A DNA stretch of 64,000 bases from Candidatus Woesearchaeota archaeon (GTDB lineage Archaea > Nanobdellota > Nanobdellia > Woesearchaeales > JABMPP01): contig JAGVYD010000009.1 in the NCBI GenBank assembly GCA_018303405.1, forward strand, positions 64,856-128,855. The letters are read 5' to 3'. Positions 28,803 to 38,723 of the stretch are shown here, one piece after another; position 1 is the first letter of the stretch; each line of letters starts with the position of its first letter. The translations under genes and the position numbers were made by a program. The notes below the pieces were generated by a model. It saw only the letters and a list, made by a program, of their open reading frames with translations, was not told the origin of the DNA and ran no database searches.

Positions 28803-29420
28803 TTAATGGTGACCGCCGCCACCTTGGCTGCCTCCACCGCCTCCGCTGTAAATATTCTTGAGGTCCTGCCTGAATTCGCTCGGTCCATGACTCTCCTTTG
28901 GCTCGCTGGTGATGAATGCGACCAGTAGGCCAAATATAATCAATATTATTGCCATTGACAGGGCGTCGTCTCCAAAATTAACTTCAATCCAGTCCCAGCC
29001 TCCCCACCAGTTAGCAGCTGCCCCGAAGATGAACAGTATCACTGCCACGGACAGGAAAGTTATCCAGCCGGATAAGGCAACTCCAAACAGCTTGTATTCG
29101 CCGCCGAACATGCCCACCAACACCAACAGCATCAGCACCGCAATCAACACGATGGATACATTTGGCAGGGCCTTATTCATAATGGCCACCGGATCAACAT
29201 CTTCGGACGGGTAATCGTTTGTGACATGTGGGATTACCACAATCAGCGCGATTACCAGCGCCACAGCCAGGTTCATGTTCTTTTTTCCTTCACCCAATAC
29301 TTTTGTCTTCTGCAGGATTGCGAAGAATATTGTGAAGATCAGTAGGAATGGAAGCATGACGTCTCTTACGCCAACATCGTCCAGCCACCTGATAAAGTCC
29401 TGCAAAGCTCCATTTGCCAT
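28803..29420 (-). CDS. Small polytopic membrane protein, member 2 of the paralogous family, with a Gly-rich His-terminated tail.
   Basis: The N-terminus (DFIRWLDDVGVRDVMLPFLLIFTIFFAILQKTKVLGEGKK) aligns with 29423..30019. It has a WWGGWDW motif and a GGGGGSQGGGGHH C-terminus. Confidence 0.5.
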   Translation of the reverse strand: MANGALQDFIRWLDDVGVRDVMLPFLLIFTIFFAILQKTKVLGEGKKNMNLAVALVIALIVVIPHVTNDYPSEDVDPVAIMNKALPNVSIVLIAVLMLLVLVGMFGGEYKLFGVALSGWITFLSVAVILFIFGAAANWWGGWDWIEVNFGDDALSMAIILIIFGLLVAFITSEPKESHGPSEFRQDLKNIYSGGGGGSQGGGGHH

Positions 29421-29422
29421 GT

Positions 29423-30019
29423 TTAATCACCACCTTTCTTTTCGTGTGCCGATTTTGTCGGCCTTCCTTCGTTCACTATAAAATACATAAATATCACAAC
29501 AATAATCAACAATATTATTGCTGCCATCCACCTAGTATCCCAGAAGTTGACCACTGAGCTCCAAAGCCAGACCAGCAGCCTTTGTTCTCCTGAGGATGTG
29601 TCAATCCTGATTGCCGCGGCAAAAATAAGCAACAATGCAACCAGCATCCCCCAGGTAAAAGCGGTCCTCCACCCGCCGAAGAGAGCAACATGCTCATCCT
29701 CCCTGTAAAAGGATCCTATTAGGAGCAGGAACGAAACTGAAATCAGGAGCAACAGCACAATATTGGCCATTGTCTCGTTGATTATCCTTACCAGTTGTGC
29801 AGATGCCACAACAAGGAATGCCATGACAAATGCAACCATTGAGTTCAGGTTTTTCTTTGTATATTTTTTGCCTTCGATTTCTTCGGTGCCAAGCACCTTG
29901 GTCTTTTCGAGTATGGCAAAAACGATGGTAAATACCAGCAAAAAAGGCAGGATGACGTCGTAAATGCCTATATCCGTAAAAAAACTTAGGACTGATCTGA
30001 ACACTGATTCCTCTGCCAT
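29423..30019 (-). CDS. Small polytopic membrane protein, member 3 of the paralogous family.
   Basis: The N-terminus (FFTDIGIYDVILPFLLVFTIVFAILEKTKVLGTEE) aligns with member 2. Four TM segments. It lies 3 bp from member 2. Confidence 0.5.
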   Translation of the reverse strand: MAEESVFRSVLSFFTDIGIYDVILPFLLVFTIVFAILEKTKVLGTEEIEGKKYTKKNLNSMVAFVMAFLVVASAQLVRIINETMANIVLLLLISVSFLLLIGSFYREDEHVALFGGWRTAFTWGMLVALLLIFAAAIRIDTSSGEQRLLVWLWSSVVNFWDTRWMAAIILLIIVVIFMYFIVNEGRPTKSAHEKKGGD

Positions 30020-30180
30020 ATTAGTCTACCTTACTCTTAATCCATATATAAATTTTTCTATTGTGGCAAATATGAAGAAAAATGGATTATCGAGAAGAAA
30101 AATGAGGGAAGATATGATTATTGCTTGGCCCGGCCCGGCAATGGCGAATCTTTATAAAATACCGTTGCATCTTTGCGGTT

Positions 30181-30798
30181 ATGGCAGCAAGAACACCTGG
30201 CATGGCAAGAAACCTCAGTGGCAATGAAAGGGAATTTTCCCAAATGAGGGATGAGATGGAGAAGTTTGACAAGCAAAGGGACCAGCTTATCAAGCAAAGC
30301 AGGGACATTCTTTCCAATGCAAAATACGCGATTTACTGTGCCCATAGGGATGATATGGTTAAGGCAAGGGAATTTCTGGCCAGTGCTGGCAGCCAAATAG
30401 CTGTCCTGAGAAAATCCATGAAAGGCATGCCGGAAATGGAAAGCATTGGGGCCTTCAAGGCAGCCATGCAGGAGTATGCTGAAGCCTACCTATTCTACAC
30501 CTATGCAACACAGGGCAAACTTGCCAGCAAGAAACAGATTGGAGCCAGTGCTGATGACTACCTGATGGGACTGTGCGATTTCACAGGCGAAATGGCGCGC
30601 AGGGCTGTGCTTCAGGGCGGAAAAAAGAACATTTCTGAGGTTGAAAGCATTAGGAAAATAGTCGAAATGACGCACGGCGAGCTGCTCAAGTTCAATTTCC
30701 GTAACGGCGAGCTTCGAAAGAAGTATGACAGCGTTAAGTGGAACCTCAAAAAAATAGAGGAAATCATGTATGATTTGAGTGTCAGGGACATCAAATGA
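30181..30798 (+). CDS. Translin-family nucleic-acid-binding protein.
   Basis: The C-terminal half matches conserved translin blocks. DDYLMGLCDFTGEMARRAV aligns with the translin DYLMGLLDLTGELMR block. FRNGELRKKYDSVKWNLKKIEEIMYDLSVRD aligns with LRNDSLRKRYDGLKYDVKKVEEVVYDLSIRG. A TATA-like CTTTATAAAATA sits about 25 bp upstream. The start could be 30181 or 30202. Confidence 0.75.
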   Translation: MAARTPGMARNLSGNEREFSQMRDEMEKFDKQRDQLIKQSRDILSNAKYAIYCAHRDDMVKAREFLASAGSQIAVLRKSMKGMPEMESIGAFKAAMQEYAEAYLFYTYATQGKLASKKQIGASADDYLMGLCDFTGEMARRAVLQGGKKNISEVESIRKIVEMTHGELLKFNFRNGELRKKYDSVKWNLKKIEEIMYDLSVRDIK

Positions 30799-31037
30799 CC
30801 CGACAAACTTACCATGCTTTGCCCGAAAACTCGCCTTCCGGCTCGGTTTGGGCATCTGCTCAGCTTTGCAGCTTCTCGCGAATTGCATTTTTCTCCTCTG
30901 CAACCCCGAAAAATGCATAATCCCTCCGGGAACGGGCTTCGCAAAATTGATGCCCAAACTAACTTTTCGGGCGAAGCCAACTTACCGCAAAGCTTTTTAT
31001 ATCCGTGGACTTTAGGGTGTTAACAGAGGGGGTATGA

Positions 31038-31826
31038 ATGAATCCTGAAAGAGAGATTATCAACCAATGGCTCAGCCGGAAGGGTTTCTTCACAATTGAC
31101 AGCATACCGCTTGAAAATAACAGGATAATCGACATTCTTGCAGTAAAAATCACCGGCGGAAACGTCAGCAAGGTCATGCACATAGAGACTGCCTGCACCA
31201 TCAGCAGCCTGGACAATGTTTCCATGGCTGAATTCGAAATGAAATTCAACGATAAGAACGTTGTCCGGAAGGTCAAGTCCACAATCAGGGAATCGCTTGG
31301 CATTGAGGCTGAATATGACAAAGTGCTGGTGATCGGAAGCTCAAACAGGCTGGCGGATTTTAAGGCATTGGACGGCATAAGGACAATCAAGTTTGAGGAT
31401 ATTCTTTTTGACACCATGGCAGGCCTGAACAAGCAAAGCTACAGGAATGAAGTTGTCAGGACCCTGCAGCTTGTGAAATACCTGCTGTTGTCCAAGCCAA
31501 CAAAGGCTGCGGAAATAATTGGCTTCAATGGGCCAAACAAGTTCCTTACACAGATGGAGAGGGAGGAATTCATAAGAATGCTGCTGACGCAGGGGGATGT
31601 CAAGCGCATCCTGGGAAAAAAGAGCATGGAGCATGAAGTGGCCAATGTGCTTTCTGAATCAACCCTGGCAAGGCCTGAAAAGCTGGCAGAGGCAATAGAA
31701 GGAAGCCTCATGAACAGCAGGGCAAAGAGGAAGTTCCAGAAGCTCATGATTGCAAAACAGGAAATAAAGGTCACCAAGAAACAGCTTCAGCCAAAGGAAA
31801 AAAGCCTTGAGATTTTCTTTGGGTAA
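31038..31826 (+). CDS. Hjc-like PD-(D/E)xK-fold protein with a C-terminal helical extension.
   Basis: The N-terminus (EREIINQWLSRKGFFTIDS....IIDILAVK.....MHIET) follows the Hjc/archaeal resolvase pattern ERE..L..KGF....DIIA....IE.K, but Lys is replaced by Thr. A further 130 aa of charged helical domain follows. A strong RBS (GAGGGGGT) is present. Confidence 0.45.
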   Translation: MNPEREIINQWLSRKGFFTIDSIPLENNRIIDILAVKITGGNVSKVMHIETACTISSLDNVSMAEFEMKFNDKNVVRKVKSTIRESLGIEAEYDKVLVIGSSNRLADFKALDGIRTIKFEDILFDTMAGLNKQSYRNEVVRTLQLVKYLLLSKPTKAAEIIGFNGPNKFLTQMEREEFIRMLLTQGDVKRILGKKSMEHEVANVLSESTLARPEKLAEAIEGSLMNSRAKRKFQKLMIAKQEIKVTKKQLQPKEKSLEIFFG

Positions 31827-32339
31827 AATATCCATTGCGTTTTGAAACAGGAATTTTTGGCAGAAATAATTATTTTTTGTGGCCTTTCCTGAAAATCATG
31901 TCCTTGAGCTCTCTTGCCTCTTTCTGGAATTCAGCATCTTCCTGCTTCATTTTCCCTGTTGATTCAATCTTGCTGTCCTTTGACTCCAATTCTTTGGCCT
32001 TTCGCAGTGCCCTTTTTTTGTCATCTTCCCATGCCATGCAGCTTTCTAATCTGGGGTATTATATTAATTTTTCCCGGCAAAAGCTTAGCAGAAAACTTCG
32101 CCTGAAGGCTCAGGTTTTGCCATCGGCTCGCATGAGACACTTATCCATGAAGGCAGTTTTCTCCCTGGAACTTAACGATTTTTGGAATCGCTTAAGTGCC
32201 GAACGAGCAGAGCGAGTGACCGCACTTCGAAAACTGCTGCCTGCCTTATTTCCAGATGCTCGCAAAATTGATGGCAAAACGTAAACTTTTCTGCTAAGCC
32301 CCGGCAAAGCTTTAAAAACAATCAGATGATTATTGCGGC

Positions 32340-33884
32340 ATGATAAAAGGCCAGGTCATAGGCGGGGAGATAGGCAAAATCATTATCCGGCAAAAGTCAG
32401 GGAATGACATGGAGCTTGGCGAGCTGCTTGTGGCTGACAGCAGCGGCCCCGGCCAGGGCAAAGTCCTGTTTCAGTGCTATGACCTTCTTTTCGGCAGCCA
32501 GCTTGGCCAGCAGACCCTTGAGCTTGTATCTGGAATGAAGCTCGAAGAGGAAACCGACCTTGATTTTATGGACCCGCATCTCAGGAATTACTCATTGTCC
32601 TACCTAAAGCCTGTCCTTGCCATAAAAGGGAAAAGGGCAGAGCTATGCAAAGCACTTCCGGGTTTTTTTTCAGAAGTAAGGGAGGTCACAAAGGACGACC
32701 TGGCATTTATGACGCGGCCAGAAAATGCAATTTCAGTGGGCAAGCTCAGAAGCGGCTCAAGAAAGCTGGATGTGGACATTTACCTAAAAGGGGATGATGT
32801 TTTTTCGCACCACATTTTGGTTGCCGGGACAACAGGGAGGGGAAAAAGCGTTTTGATCTCAAACATGATCTGGAATGCAATTTCAGAGGATTTTTGCGGG
32901 ATGCTCGTCCTCGACCCGCATGATGAATACTACGGCAGGAACAAGTTTGGGATGAAAGACCACCCAAGCAGGGAAAAGGTAATCTATTACACTTCAAGAA
33001 ACCCGCCATCTGGCGCCAGAAGCCTGAAAATCAACCTTAAATCGGTAAAGCCGCAGCATTTCTCAGGAGTGATCGAGCTTTCAGACCCGCAGACCCAGGC
33101 ACTTTATGCCTATTACAAGCAGTATGGGGAAAGGTGGGTAGAAAGCCTTGTGCTTGACAAGCCAGTTGATGTCCCTGGCTTTCAAGAGGGAACAATAACT
33201 GTTGCCAGGAGAAAGATGATTAGCATGCTGGATGTAAAGATGAAGGATGACAGGCTTGTTTGCAGCGGGATATTTGACATTCAGGCAGGAGAAACCACAA
33301 TATCAGACATTACGAATGAATTGGAAAAAGGCAGTGTTGTAATTGTCGATACCTCAAATTTTGCAGGGGCTGTTGAGCTTCTGGTCGGCGCCATGGTCAG
33401 CCACAGCATTCTTGGGAAATACAGGCATTACAACATGTCAGGCGACCTGAGAGGCAAGCCGGTCATATCAATTGTGATTGAGGAAGCCCCGAGGGTGCTG
33501 GGCAAGGATGTGCTTGAAAAAGGGCAGAATGTGTTTTCAACAATTGCCAGGGAAGGCAGAAAGTTCAAAATCGGGCTTTTGGCAATAACACAGCTTCCTT
33601 CAATGATACCAAGGGATATACTTGCGAATATGAACACGAAAATAATACTTGGGATTGAGATGGCCCAGGAAAGGCAGGCAATAATAGAAAGCGCCAGCCA
33701 GGACCTGAGCGAAGACAGCAGGACAATCGCCTCTTTGGACAAGGGGGAGGCAATAATTACAAGCACGTTCACCAAATTTGCCACGCCAATTGCAGTGCCA
33801 ATGTTCGGCCCGGAACTATTGCCAAGGAGCCCGGTTGGGACGCGCAAAGAAGTCAAAAAAGAGTTCATCGGTGTTGGATTATAG
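32340..33884 (+). CDS. herA: HerA-family FtsK-like hexameric DNA helicase/translocase.
   Basis: Walker A is [14 protein letters not shown] and Walker B is [11 protein letters not shown]. The C-terminal block is [22 protein letters not shown]. About 510 aa. Confidence 0.8.
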   Translation: MIKGQVIGGEIGKIIIRQKSGNDMELGELLVADSSGPGQGKVLFQCYDLLFGSQLGQQTLELVSGMKLEEETDLDFMDPHLRNYSLSYLKPVLAIKGKRAELCKALPGFFSEVREVTKDDLAFMTRPENAISVGKLRSGSRKLDVDIYLKGDDVFSHHILVAGTTGRGKSVLISNMIWNAISEDFCGMLVLDPHDEYYGRNKFGMKDHPSREKVIYYTSRNPPSGARSLKINLKSVKPQHFSGVIELSDPQTQALYAYYKQYGERWVESLVLDKPVDVPGFQEGTITVARRKMISMLDVKMKDDRLVCSGIFDIQAGETTISDITNELEKGSVVIVDTSNFAGAVELLVGAMVSHSILGKYRHYNMSGDLRGKPVISIVIEEAPRVLGKDVLEKGQNVFSTIAREGRKFKIGLLAITQLPSMIPRDILANMNTKIILGIEMAQERQAIIESASQDLSEDSRTIASLDKGEAIITSTFTKFATPIAVPMFGPELLPRSPVGTRKEVKKEFIGVGL

Positions 33885-33969
33885 CTTATATTAGTTATAT
33901 TATAATATGTATGATAAAAAATAGATTATTATATATATAGTTTTTAAAATATCTACTAAAATATATATA

Positions 33970-35196
33970 ATGAAGCTGATTAATATGAAATTTGCGCATA
34001 TGGCTGACTGCCATGTTGGAAGCTGGAGAGACCCGAGGCTGAGATATGTGAGTACAGAAGCTTTCTGCAGGGCCTTGGATGCGGCAATTGAGCGAAAGGT
34101 TGATTTCATAATAATTGCCGGGGACCTTTTCAATACCTCGCTTCCGCCCCTGGACAGCCTTAAGGTTGTGGCAAAAAGGCTAAAGGAATTGAAGGACATT
34201 GGAATTCCTGTATATATTGTTGCCGGAAGCCATGATTATTCGCCTTCTGGCAAGACAATGCTTGATGTCCTTGAAAGCGCAGACCTGCTGGTTAATGTGA
34301 CAAAGGGGGAGGTCGCAGGAGAGAAATTAAGGCTCAGGATGACAACGGATAAAAAAACAGGGGCAAAAATAACTGGCATCCTGGGCAGGAGAAACATGCT
34401 GGAGAGGGCTTATTTTGAAAGCCTTGACAGGGAGAGCCTTGAAAAGGAAAAAGGATTCAAGATTTTTGTTTTCCACACTGCGCTGAATGAATTGAAAAAA
34501 GAAGGGCAGGAACATCTGGACAGCAATCCAATTTCCATCATGCCCAAGGGATTCGACTATTATGCCGGGGGCCACGTCCACATGGTTTTCAACAAGGAGA
34601 TTAAGGAGTATGGGAGGGTGGTTTATCCAGGGCCGTTGTTCCCAAACAGCTTCAGCGAGATTGAGGAATTGCACCATGGCGGCTTTTATATTTATGAAGA
34701 CGGGAAAATGGAGTTCGTCCCAATCAAAATCTTCGAGACATTGCATTTGGAATTTGACTGCGATGGAAAAACGCCTGAGCAGGTGAGAAAGGAGATTGGT
34801 GACAGGACTGACAATGAAGATTTGCAGCATAAAATTGTGACATTGAGGCTTTTCGGGAATCTCAGCGGCGGCAAGATAAGCGACATAAACATCAATGAAA
34901 CTGTTGAAGCAATGATGCAGAAAAAAGCCTATGTTGTCCTGAAAAATACCTTCAAGCTTGGAACAGAAAGCTTTGAAGAAATAAAGATACACCAGGGTTC
35001 AGTTGAAGAAATCGAAAGCAAAGTAATAGCCGAGCATCTTGGCCAGCTGAAAATTGATGGCATGAATGCCACAGAGGAGCAGAAGCTGGTTCTAGGCCTG
35101 ATGAAAGCACTAACCGCTGAAAGGAATGAAGGGGAAAGGGTGGCTGACTTCGAGAGAAGGATAAAGGATGACGCCAACAGGCTCATGAAGATTTGA
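33970..35196 (+). CDS. mre11: Mre11 double-strand-break repair nuclease (calcineurin-like metallophosphatase).
   Basis: Metallophosphatase motifs are FAHMADCHVG, IIIAGDLFN, VYIVAGSHD and GGHVH. About 400 aa. It lies downstream of herA. Confidence 0.8.
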   Translation: MKLINMKFAHMADCHVGSWRDPRLRYVSTEAFCRALDAAIERKVDFIIIAGDLFNTSLPPLDSLKVVAKRLKELKDIGIPVYIVAGSHDYSPSGKTMLDVLESADLLVNVTKGEVAGEKLRLRMTTDKKTGAKITGILGRRNMLERAYFESLDRESLEKEKGFKIFVFHTALNELKKEGQEHLDSNPISIMPKGFDYYAGGHVHMVFNKEIKEYGRVVYPGPLFPNSFSEIEELHHGGFYIYEDGKMEFVPIKIFETLHLEFDCDGKTPEQVRKEIGDRTDNEDLQHKIVTLRLFGNLSGGKISDININETVEAMMQKKAYVVLKNTFKLGTESFEEIKIHQGSVEEIESKVIAEHLGQLKIDGMNATEEQKLVLGLMKALTAERNEGERVADFERRIKDDANRLMKI

Positions 35197-35444
35197 CTGG
35201 CATGTTAATAACCACCGGTCATAGACTGGATGGAAAATTCTGACATTTTTTAGCCATTGTTGCATGCTTTTTGCGAATGGCAAAAAAATGATATATGAAG
35301 TTTAATGATGATTTATATATGACTTCAACCTGGATTGAAGGCTATGCAAGGCTTTTATACTCCAATATCTTACAAGCCTTATTGACATTGATTTAAAATT
35401 ATAAAAAACAGCTATTGAGTCAAAAAATCAGGCGGTGATGCGAG

Positions 35445-37802
35445 ATGAAAAACAAAAACAAGATTTTTTTTATGGCTGCGGCAGTGGCAATCCTGGCCAT
35501 GGTTGTATCAGCATGCAAAATTGAGATGCCTGACAGAGGCCAGAATGGCGCTGACAATATTATCCCGTCCAGCGGCGGGCTGACAGAGGGAGTTTCACTC
35601 CTGTCTGAAGGAGAGGCCAAGCTTGCGACGCAGGGATTGATAAAATTCCAGGATGTCAATGAGCTTAGGCAATTCCTGGCCCAGAGGGCCATATCCGGAC
35701 AATCCGGCGCAGACATGTATGGCATTGGAAGAGGAGGCATGGCCCCTGTGGCAACAATGGCAGAAGGCGCAATGGAATTGGCTGTTGCAGACAGCGTCTC
35801 CCAGAAATCCTCAGGCACAGCAAACTCCATGGACTTTGATGATGGAGCAGGGGACTATTCACAAACCAATGTGCAGTATGAAAATGTGGATGAAGGCGAT
35901 TTTGTAAAGAATGACAACAGGTACATTTACATGATTGCTGACAACAAATTGGTGATTGTGGATGCTTATGATGCAGAGAATGCAGAGATTGTGTCAACAA
36001 CTGAGCTTGCTGAGAAAGCCAGAACAAATCCTGCTGAAACGCAGACATCTGCTGGCAAAGCTGCAAGCATGGACTCTGTGATGATAGACATTGGCTATCC
36101 GGATTATGACTATAGTGACGAAAGAGGCAGGGAGATTTTCATAAACGGGGATAAGCTGATGGTTATTACCGAGAGCAGTGAAAGAGGGTTCTATTTCCCA
36201 AGGTATGACATCATGCCCCAGCCAACATACAGGCAGAGAACAAATATCTATATCTATGATGTCAGCGACAGGACTGACCCCCAGTTATCTGAATCATTCT
36301 CCATGACCGGAAGCTATTACCAGTCCAGGATGATAGGTGACATGGTTTACATTGTGACCCAGGATGGTGTAAGCTACGGGCCTTTGCTCATGGAACCCAT
36401 GGTGACGGGACAAGAGCTAATCAAGCCGGAAATATATTATTTTGACAATCCAGAGAGTGAATACCAGTTCAACACCATAGCTTCAATAGACATGGACAAT
36501 GAAAAAGTCGTTGACAGCAAGACTTTCATGCTTGGCTATGCCAACACCCTGATGGTTTCTGAAAACAACATCTACATTGCCTACCAGAAGCAGAATTACT
36601 GGAGATGGGGCGGATACTGGGGAGATGCCTATGAAAAAGAAAGGTTTGATGATGTAATCCTGCCTTTGCTTCCAGAAGAGCTCAAGACCCAGATAGTTTC
36701 AATTAAGGACCAAAAACTGCCTGAGAATGAGGAATGGCAGGAAATCAGCAAAGTCCTGTCTGTCTTTTTCACAGAGCTTGACCAGAATGATAACCTCCAG
36801 GACCAATACCAGGACGTCTTTGAGACTATCCTTGATGCATTGGATGAGTATGACACCAAAAAAGCAATGGAGGACAGGAAGACTGTAATCCACAAGATTG
36901 GCATACAGGACGGAATGATTGATTACAATGCCAAGGGTGAAGTGGATGGCAGACTTTTAAATCAGTTCTCAATTGATGAGAACCAGGGATACCTGAGAGT
37001 GGCGACAACAGTGGATGTTTGGGCAAGGAAAAGAGTCCAGTACAATAATGTCTATGTCCTTGACTCAGGCATGAAAACTATTGGCGAACTGACAGGCGTT
37101 GCAGAAGATGAGCAGATTTATTCAACCAGGTTCCTTGGAAACAAGCTGTACATGGTAACATTCAGGCAGACTGACCCGTTCTTTGTGATTGATTTGTCTG
37201 ACCCAAGAAATCCAAAGGTCCTTGGCGAATTGAAGATACCTGGCTTCAGCAACTACCTGCACCCCTATGATGAGAACCATATAATCGGCGTTGGCAAAGA
37301 AACAACGGAAGGCGACTTTGGCGGCGTGACCACAACAGGAATAAAGATTGCGCTGTTTGATGTCACGGATGTCAATGACCCCCAGCTTGTTGACAAAGTC
37401 GTAATTGGTGACAGTGGAAGCGACAGCCCAGTGCTGTACGACCATAAGGCTTTCCTGTTCAGCAAGGAAAAAAACCTCCTGGTGCTGCCAATCACTGAAG
37501 TGACTGAAAGGACAAAGCTCAGCCAATACAGGTACAGCAATTCCATCTGGCACGGGGCATATGTCTTCAAGGTGACAGAGGAGGGTATAGACACAACAGG
37601 CAAGGTCACACATTCCAGCACAAAATCAGAATATTGGTACTGGTGGGATGCTGCAAGCGTCATGAGAAGCCTGTATATGGATGACAACCTGTATACAATC
37701 AGCAACAAGTTCATCAAGATAAATGACCTTGCGAACAACCTTGAGGAGCTGAACACAGTTAAGCTGCCTTACCAGGAGAACTCGCCTTACTATTGGAGGT
37801 AA
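35445..37802 (+). CDS. Secreted beta-propeller-domain lipoprotein.
   Basis: A signal peptide with a VVSAC lipobox comes first. The rest is long and beta-rich, with repeated D-x-Y / NKLY / DDNLYTISNKFIKIND blocks typical of the beta-propeller-domain protein family found in archaea and bacteria. Confidence 0.55.
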   Translation: MKNKNKIFFMAAAVAILAMVVSACKIEMPDRGQNGADNIIPSSGGLTEGVSLLSEGEAKLATQGLIKFQDVNELRQFLAQRAISGQSGADMYGIGRGGMAPVATMAEGAMELAVADSVSQKSSGTANSMDFDDGAGDYSQTNVQYENVDEGDFVKNDNRYIYMIADNKLVIVDAYDAENAEIVSTTELAEKARTNPAETQTSAGKAASMDSVMIDIGYPDYDYSDERGREIFINGDKLMVITESSERGFYFPRYDIMPQPTYRQRTNIYIYDVSDRTDPQLSESFSMTGSYYQSRMIGDMVYIVTQDGVSYGPLLMEPMVTGQELIKPEIYYFDNPESEYQFNTIASIDMDNEKVVDSKTFMLGYANTLMVSENNIYIAYQKQNYWRWGGYWGDAYEKERFDDVILPLLPEELKTQIVSIKDQKLPENEEWQEISKVLSVFFTELDQNDNLQDQYQDVFETILDALDEYDTKKAMEDRKTVIHKIGIQDGMIDYNAKGEVDGRLLNQFSIDENQGYLRVATTVDVWARKRVQYNNVYVLDSGMKTIGELTGVAEDEQIYSTRFLGNKLYMVTFRQTDPFFVIDLSDPRNPKVLGELKIPGFSNYLHPYDENHIIGVGKETTEGDFGGVTTTGIKIALFDVTDVNDPQLVDKVVIGDSGSDSPVLYDHKAFLFSKEKNLLVLPITEVTERTKLSQYRYSNSIWHGAYVFKVTEEGIDTTGKVTHSSTKSEYWYWWDAASVMRSLYMDDNLYTISNKFIKINDLANNLEELNTVKLPYQENSPYYWR

Positions 37803-37896
37803 GGCGAATTTTTTGTTTTTTTATTAATCATTATAACTACTTGAATATAGCAAAAATGCAAAGCTTTAAGAATTTTCTATCTTATATATACGCAGC

Positions 37897-38649
37897 ATGG
37901 CAATAACAAATGTTGAGTTGTATCAAGGCGACAGGAAGTTGGTTCAGCCAGTTGTAATGACAGATTTGCCTAAGGAAATAACAGAATACATTTCTGGTTT
38001 CGGTGCTGGCAAAGGCTTAAGAATGATTAATGAGCTTGAAATTCCCGAGGGCATTTTACCTACTCCGGCCCAAACATTTTATAAAATGAATGAGTTGTAT
38101 GACTTATACTATCAGGCACCTTCCAAACATAAGACGCTTGGGAAAGCATTTGGAGATGGATTATTCTTGACCGGGCATGTGATTAGGATTGTCAATGGTC
38201 AGCCTTACATTGGAACTTTAGATAATTTAGCAAATGGATATCCTGATGGGGGACCACGGCACATTGAAGATATGGGCCTAGATAAAATGGAAGCGGTTGA
38301 CGGGAGAATCTTTAAACAGGGCAAAGGACAAATAGTTGCCTGGGAAATAGTTGGAGAATACAAAACCAGGGATGGAAAAACGGAATATTTTGCCCTGCCA
38401 TTAGTAGGGGAAAATGGACAACGTTCTGTGGATTATGAAAGTTTTCAGGATCCATTTAACATTTTGGGATTTGAGCATGGAAAATTAATGTCGATAAATC
38501 AAGACCTTTTTAATAGATATAGGATTATCGCGGTTTTGGACAGGGGAAAATTCATAGAAGCTAACCCAGGCGTATCTCTTGAAGACGTTGCTAAAGCTGG
38601 CCCAAAGAGTTTCCCTCCTGTGGAAAAGGTAGAAAGGATTCCTCATTGA
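37897..38649 (+). CDS. Hypothetical protein.
   Basis: A 250-aa ORF with clean coding composition and no motif I can recognise. Confidence 0.4.
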   Translation: MAITNVELYQGDRKLVQPVVMTDLPKEITEYISGFGAGKGLRMINELEIPEGILPTPAQTFYKMNELYDLYYQAPSKHKTLGKAFGDGLFLTGHVIRIVNGQPYIGTLDNLANGYPDGGPRHIEDMGLDKMEAVDGRIFKQGKGQIVAWEIVGEYKTRDGKTEYFALPLVGENGQRSVDYESFQDPFNILGFEHGKLMSINQDLFNRYRIIAVLDRGKFIEANPGVSLEDVAKAGPKSFPPVEKVERIPH

Positions 38650-38723
38650 AGCCGTCACTACAATTTCTTTAAAATCTTATTTCAAATTAAAGGCATAGCT
38701 TTAAAAATGAATAAGCTGTTTTC

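Noticed and set aside
31835-32284. A 149-aa ORF between the Hjc-like gene and herA.
   Set aside because: Its Ser/Leu/Phe-rich low-complexity translation looks like non-coding DNA read in frame.
35445-37802. Rad50 expected after mre11.
   Set aside because: The gene after mre11 has a signal peptide with lipobox and beta-propeller repeats. It has no Walker A/B, no long coiled coil and no zinc hook, so it is not Rad50.
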